A DNA stretch of 64,000 nt from Promethearchaeia archaeon (GTDB lineage: Archaea; Asgardarchaeota; Lokiarchaeia; Sigyniarchaeales; SOKP01), in the NCBI GenBank assembly GCA_029856145.1, contig JAHQWK010000031.1:1-64000 (forward strand). Reading direction: 5' to 3'. The notes below the pieces were generated by a model. That model saw only the letters and a program-made list of their open reading frames with translations. It was not told where the DNA came from and ran no database searches. Each line of letters opens with the position of its first letter. Positions within the stretch are counted from its first letter, which is position 1. The position numbers were made by a program, and so were the translations under genes. This document shows, piece by piece, positions 59,231 to 64,000 of the stretch.

Positions 59231-60364
59231 TTATTTTAATAATCCTTTTTCTTTTAATTCTAACATAGCCTTATGTGAATGTTCTTGAAAATCCTCTTTT
59301 TGAATTTTGATCCATTCTATTAAATCCTCTATCCCTTCTTTAAAAGTAATTGTTGGTGAAAATCCTAATTTATTTTTTATTTTAGAAATATCTGCAACGC
59401 AATGTCTAATATCACCAATTCTAAATTGCTGGTTATAAATGGGATTTAATTTTGGATTTATTTTCTTTGAAATAATTTCTGCAACTTCCTTTATTGTAAT
59501 TGGTGTGCCTGTACCAACGTTAAAAATCTCACCATTTGCAGCATTTTTTTCTATAGCAAGAATTAAGGCTTGACACACATCATTTACATTTACAAAATCG
59601 CGTGTTTGATTTCCGTCCTCAAAAACAATTGGAGGTTTTCCATGAAGTGCTCTGGTGCTAAATATTGAACAGACTCCTGTGTATGGGTTTGAAAGGGCTT
59701 GTCTTGTACCATAAACTAAGAAAAATCTTAAAATTGTTGTATTAATTCCATACGTATTACCAATCATAAAACTCAGTTTTTCTTGAGCTTGTTTAGAGAA
59801 GGCATAAATTGAACTAGGATTTAATGGTGAATTTTCATCAGTCAATAGAGTTTTAACTTTGGATCCACATTTAGGGCAATTAAGCTCCCAATCTTTATGT
59901 TTCAATTGATCTAATAATCTTAATTTTGGGAAAACTACTCCACATTTATTACATTGAGATTTAGCTTCTCCATATACCGTGTTAGAGGATGCTATAATAA
60001 CTTTTTCAACATTATGTTCACTATTTACTAATATATCAAACAAGTTCGCCAAACCATGTATATTATTGTCAACATATTTTTCTATTTGATACATTGATTG
60101 TCCAACACCAACACTAGCTGCCAAATGAAAAATAATCTCATTCTCTTTTACTAAATCCTCCAATTTTTTATAATCAGTTACCGAACCTCGGAAAAATTTA
60201 GAATCTTTATTTAAGTAAGAAGGAGGATTATCAGTTTTTCCGTGGACTTGTTCTTCTAAAGTATCAAGAATTGAAACTTCATACTCCTTTTGCTCAATTA
60301 ATTTATCAACTAAATGTGATCCAATAAAACCTGCTCCACCAGTAATTAATACTTTTTTTGTCAT
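59231..60364 (-). CDS. NAD-dependent epimerase/dehydratase with a Zn-ribbon insertion
   Basis: TGGAGFIG, VGVGQSMY, CNKC...CPKC insert, YAFSK and QALSNPYTGV motifs. Confidence 0.9.
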   Translation of the reverse strand: MTKKVLITGGAGFIGSHLVDKLIEQKEYEVSILDTLEEQVHGKTDNPPSYLNKDSKFFRGSVTDYKKLEDLVKENEIIFHLAASVGVGQSMYQIEKYVDNNIHGLANLFDILVNSEHNVEKVIIASSNTVYGEAKSQCNKCGVVFPKLRLLDQLKHKDWELNCPKCGSKVKTLLTDENSPLNPSSIYAFSKQAQEKLSFMIGNTYGINTTILRFFLVYGTRQALSNPYTGVCSIFSTRALHGKPPIVFEDGNQTRDFVNVNDVCQALILAIEKNAANGEIFNVGTGTPITIKEVAEIISKKINPKLNPIYNQQFRIGDIRHCVADISKIKNKLGFSPTITFKEGIEDLIEWIKIQKEDFQEHSHKAMLELKEKGLLK

Positions 60365-60582
60365 AAATTGTTTTTAAATCTAATTTTAGATGTTTTAATT
60401 GTTCATAAGTTTTTATTGAAATTAAAGAATATGATAAATGTGAAACATTTTGGAGAGTATTTACTGAATTTAATTAAACTAGAAAACAGATAAGTTATAA
60501 AATTAAATAATAATCAAATTTTTTAACGATTTAATATGAAAGAATTTGATATAACAATATTTTACCACTAATAGAAAAAACT

Positions 60583-61593
60583 ATGATTATTCGTTCAAAA
60601 GCACCATTTAGAGTTAGTTTTGGCGGTGGAGGAACAGATATGGCTCCATATTGCATTGAACATGGAGGATGTGTTATAAGTACAACGATAGACCGTCATG
60701 TCTATATAACTCTGAAACCTAGAACTGATAAAAAGGTATCCCTTTTTTCAATTAATCTAAATAGACAATTTATTTTTGAAATTGGAGATAGGGATTATTC
60801 TACCGAATTTGAATTATTCAAAGGTATTTTTAATGTTTTAGAAGTGAAAGATGGATTTGATATCATATTTTATTCAGAACTTCCTGTTGGTTCTGGAATG
60901 GGAGGATCATCATCTTTGTCTGTGGCATTAATAGGTGCTTTAAATACATACTACAAATTAGGACTTTCTAAATATGAAATTGCTCAAAAAGCATGTGATA
61001 TTGAACGAATTGAGTTAAAACAGAAAGGAGGATATCAAGATCAATTTGCTGCAGCTTATGGGGGTTTTAATTTTATAGAATTTACAGATGATGTAAATAT
61101 AGTTCCCGTAATTGCTAGCGAGGAAATGATCAATGAGCTCCAATTTCGTTTAATCCTATGTTATGTAGGAGGTTCTCATTTCTCTTCTAACATCCAAGAT
61201 GAAGTATTAAAAGGTTATGAAATTGAGAAAAAAACCTATATGGAGGCCATGCAAGATTTAAAAAACGTTGCTCATTCTATGAAAATTATTGTAGAATCCA
61301 ATAATTTAAATCGATTGAATGAATTTGGACAACTCTTACATGGAGGATGGTTAGCAAAAAAGAGTTTAAGCAATAAAATATCTAACAAAAATATTGAAAA
61401 TTTTTATATAACTTCAAGGAAGTTTGGGGTTCTTGGAGGAAAATTATTAGGCGCTGGAGGTGGAGGACATCTATTACTCTTTTCAGATTCTAGCAAGAAA
61501 CATATTGTTATTCAAGAGTTGGAAAAAATAGGTGGAGTAATTGTTAATTTTCATTTTAACCCTAAAGGACTTGAAGTGTGGAAAATAATTTAG
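60583..61593 (+). CDS. hddA: GHMP kinase, D-glycero-alpha-D-manno-heptose-7-phosphate kinase-like
   Basis: APFRVSFGGGGTD, PVGSGMGGSS, GYQDQ and KLLGAGGGG motifs; next to gmhA/gmhB. Confidence 0.85.
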   Translation: MIIRSKAPFRVSFGGGGTDMAPYCIEHGGCVISTTIDRHVYITLKPRTDKKVSLFSINLNRQFIFEIGDRDYSTEFELFKGIFNVLEVKDGFDIIFYSELPVGSGMGGSSSLSVALIGALNTYYKLGLSKYEIAQKACDIERIELKQKGGYQDQFAAAYGGFNFIEFTDDVNIVPVIASEEMINELQFRLILCYVGGSHFSSNIQDEVLKGYEIEKKTYMEAMQDLKNVAHSMKIIVESNNLNRLNEFGQLLHGGWLAKKSLSNKISNKNIENFYITSRKFGVLGGKLLGAGGGGHLLLFSDSSKKHIVIQELEKIGGVIVNFHFNPKGLEVWKII

Positions 61594-61625
61594 AATTATT
61601 ATAACTTAATAAAAGAGATGATAAT

Positions 61626-62192
61626 ATGGAAAATGAAATTATTTCAATTTTAGATGAGAGTATTAAAGTTAAAGAAGCAATAAAAAACTTAACACCGACT
61701 ATAGCAAAAATCTCCGAAGCAATAGTAAATGCTTATAAGAAAAAGAAAAAAGTTGTTCTCTTTGGTAATGGTGGAAGTGCTGCAGACGCACAACATATAG
61801 CTGCTGAATTTGTGGGAAAATTCTACAAAGACCGAGATTCACTTCCTTCTTTAGCATTTAATACAAATACTTCTGTTCTTACAGCAACAGCTAATGATTA
61901 TGGTTATGATTTAGTATTTGAAAGGCAAGTATCTTCGTTTGTAGAGAAAGGAGATATTGCTATTGGAATTAGCACTTCTGGTAATTCACCGAATGTGATA
62001 AAAGGTTTATTGAAAGCTCATGAGAAAGGAGCAGTAACAATAGGCTTTACAGGCCAAAAACCAAATAAAATTGAGGAAATAGCTGATCTTTGCTTAAAAA
62101 TACCATCAACCGATACTCCAAGAATCCAAGAAGGGCATATAACAGTAGGACATATTATATGTTATTTAGTTGAGAAAGAACTTTTTGAGTAA
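61626..62192 (+). CDS. gmhA: D-sedoheptulose-7-phosphate isomerase
   Basis: GNGGSAADAQH, ANDYGY, STSGNS and RIQEGH motifs. Confidence 0.95.
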   Translation: MENEIISILDESIKVKEAIKNLTPTIAKISEAIVNAYKKKKKVVLFGNGGSAADAQHIAAEFVGKFYKDRDSLPSLAFNTNTSVLTATANDYGYDLVFERQVSSFVEKGDIAIGISTSGNSPNVIKGLLKAHEKGAVTIGFTGQKPNKIEEIADLCLKIPSTDTPRIQEGHITVGHIICYLVEKELFE

Positions 62193-62202
62193 TCGATTAT
62201 TT

Positions 62203-62838
62203 ATGAAAAAAATTGCAGTTTCTATTCATGCTATAGAAAACTTTACTGTGGATATTTTAAAGGGGCTGGAAGGTTTCGATTACATTCATGTAGATTTCAT
62301 GGATGGTATATTTGTAAATAATAAAAATAAAAATCTAGATGTTTTTCAAAAAATAAAAGAAACTTATAATATTCCTATAATAGCCCATTTAATGGTAATT
62401 AATCCATTTGATTATATTAAAAAAATTATTAATTATATTGATATATTCTTATTTCATTTTGAAATTGATAATAATAAAGATGTTATAATAAAAGAAATAA
62501 GAAATTATAATAAAAAAGTTGGTCTTGCTATAAATCCAGAAACAAATATTAGTGAAATTATACCCTATCTAAATAAAATTGATCTTATCTTAGTAATGAG
62601 TGTAAAACCTGGTTGGTCAGGTCAGAAATTTCTAATGAGTTCTATAGAGAGGGTAAATAAATTAGCTCAATATAAGAATAAATATGATTTTATTATTGAT
62701 ATTGATGGGGGAATTAATCTAACAAACGCAAAACTATTAAAAAACACAGATATATTGACAAGCTCAAGCACCATTTTAAAAGCTAAGGATCCCAATAAAA
62801 TTATTAAATTGCTTAGATTTTCTGATGAAAATGAGTGA
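62203..62838 (+). CDS. rpe: ribulose-phosphate 3-epimerase
   Basis: HVDFMDG, HLMV, HFE, MSVKPGWSGQKF and DGGI motifs. ATG 62203 is preferred over the TTG overlapping gmhA. Confidence 0.9.
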   Translation: MKKIAVSIHAIENFTVDILKGLEGFDYIHVDFMDGIFVNNKNKNLDVFQKIKETYNIPIIAHLMVINPFDYIKKIINYIDIFLFHFEIDNNKDVIIKEIRNYNKKVGLAINPETNISEIIPYLNKIDLILVMSVKPGWSGQKFLMSSIERVNKLAQYKNKYDFIIDIDGGINLTNAKLLKNTDILTSSSTILKAKDPNKIIKLLRFSDENE

Positions 62839-63373
62839 AAAAAAGAGAGCTATTTTTTTGGATCGAGATGGGGTAATTAACAAAGAAGTTGGTTATCTTT
62901 CAAATCCAAATAATTTTAAATTTATTGAAGGATCAATTGAAGCTTTAAACATTCTTAAGCAAAAAGGTTTCTTACTTATTGTTATTACCAATCAAGCTGG
63001 TATAGCACGGGGTTTTTTTACAGAAGAAACACTTAGAGCAATTCATGATAAATTGATTAAAAGATTAAAGCAAGATGGAATTGAATTAGATGATGTTTAT
63101 TATTGTCCTCACCATCCTGACTTTACTGGTCCATGTGATTGTAGGAAACCAAATCTGGGGATGATTTTAAAAGCCGAATTAAAACATAATATTGATTTAA
63201 CTAATTCATACATGGTTGGAGATACATTAAATGATATTCAAACAGGTAAAGCAGCAATATGTAAAACTGTTTTAGTCTTAACAGGTTACGGAAAAGAGGA
63301 ACAAAAAAACATTGGCTCTATAATTCCGGACATGATATTTAAAAACTTAAAAGAATTTGCTATAAATATATAA
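62825..63373 (+). CDS. gmhB: D-glycero-D-manno-heptose-1,7-bisphosphate phosphatase
   Basis: FLDRDGVIN, TNQAGIARG, CPHHP, CDCRKP and GDTLND motifs. Confidence 0.95.
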   Translation: MKMSEKKRAIFLDRDGVINKEVGYLSNPNNFKFIEGSIEALNILKQKGFLLIVITNQAGIARGFFTEETLRAIHDKLIKRLKQDGIELDDVYYCPHHPDFTGPCDCRKPNLGMILKAELKHNIDLTNSYMVGDTLNDIQTGKAAICKTVLVLTGYGKEEQKNIGSIIPDMIFKNLKEFAINI

Positions 63374-63416
63374 AACAAATAATTATTATAATCATCAAAA
63401 TTAATCGTGAAGAAAT

Positions 63417-64000
63417 ATGAAATTTTTTATAGACACTGCTAATTTAGAACAAATCAAAGAAATGCAGGAACTTGGAATAATTGATGGGGTGACTACTAAC
63501 CCAACGCTTTTAGCAAAAGAAGGGGCAGACCCCATGGAACAATTGAAAAAAATCTGTGAAATTGTTGATGGACCTATAAGTGGAGAAGTTATAGGATTAA
63601 CTACAGAAGAAATGGTTAAAGAAGCTCGTGAATTAGCTAAAATTGCCCCAAATATAGTAATCAAGATTCCTTTTACGAAGGATGGTATTAAAGCTGTTAA
63701 AATTCTTGAACCTGAAGGAATAAAAACCAATGTAACTCTTGTTTTTTCACAGAATCAAGTTTTAATTGCAGCTAAAGCTGGAGCATCTTATATAAGCCCT
63801 TTCATAGGAAGGTTAATGGATAATGGCCAGAATGAAATTGATTTTCTTTGGGAATCTATGGATATTTTAAATGCATATGATTTTAAATCTGAATTAATCG
63901 TAGCCTCTGTGAGAAATACCAGACATGTTATTGAAGCCGCTAAAATAGGTGCACATATAGCTACAATTCCTTTTTCTGTACTTGAAAAAATGTTCAAACA
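63417..64000 (+). CDS. tal: transaldolase / fructose-6-phosphate aldolase family, 3'-truncated by the window
   Basis: Missing from the ORF track. MKFFIDTAN...GVTTNP...IKIP...NVTLVFS...YISPFIGR...ASVR. Confidence 0.92.
   Translation, partial: MKFFIDTANLEQIKEMQELGIIDGVTTNPTLLAKEGADPMEQLKKICEIVDGPISGEVIGLTTEEMVKEARELAKIAPNIVIKIPFTKDGIKAVKILEPEGIKTNVTLVFSQNQVLIAAKAGASYISPFIGRLMDNGQNEIDFLWESMDILNAYDFKSELIVASVRNTRHVIEAAKIGAHIATIPFSVLEKMFK

Noticed and set aside
62170-62202. TTG-started N-terminal extension of rpe
   Set aside because: It overlaps gmhA; the Rpe-like sequence begins at ATG 62203.
63401-63997. Two - strand ORFs (109 and 69 aa)
   Set aside because: Antisense shadows of the + strand transaldolase.
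1-64000. CRISPR array, rRNA, integrase or transposase
   Set aside because: No regularly spaced direct repeats, rRNA-like segments or recombinase/transposase motifs were seen.

Overview
AT-rich archaeal DNA whose gene content points to an Asgard archaeon, most likely Lokiarchaeia. This is inferred from a Rab-like GTPase, a longin-GTPase with a roadblock partner, ubiquitin E1/E2/RING proteins, a Loki-CTERM-like sorting tail and an intron-containing C1-G72 tRNA-Tyr. Layout: (1) 1-5.6 kb, an accessory or mobile-looking strip of small co-oriented orphan ORFs with strong Shine-Dalgarno motifs. (2) 5.7-36.5 kb, housekeeping genes mixed with eukaryotic-signature genes: an IFT52/GIFT-like protein, HDAC, PDCD5, a two-intron tRNA-Tyr, an E2, a UBA3/UBA2-like E1, a 2122-aa protein with 18 MIT/TPR-like repeats, and small GTPases. 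(3) 36.5-52.9 kb, a surface-glycan biosynthesis cluster. (4) A 4xUBC-fold + RING (FANCL-like) protein and an IleRS interrupted by one in-frame TAG. (5) 58-64 kb, a nucleotide-heptose cluster (hddA-gmhA-rpe-gmhB-transaldolase). Strongest leads: the unannotated ~207-nt structured element at 14001-14207 with a motif seen three times, the FANCL-like E3, the poly-MIT giant next to E1/E2, and the amber-interrupted IleRS. All family assignments come from motif recognition only; no searches or folding programs were run.
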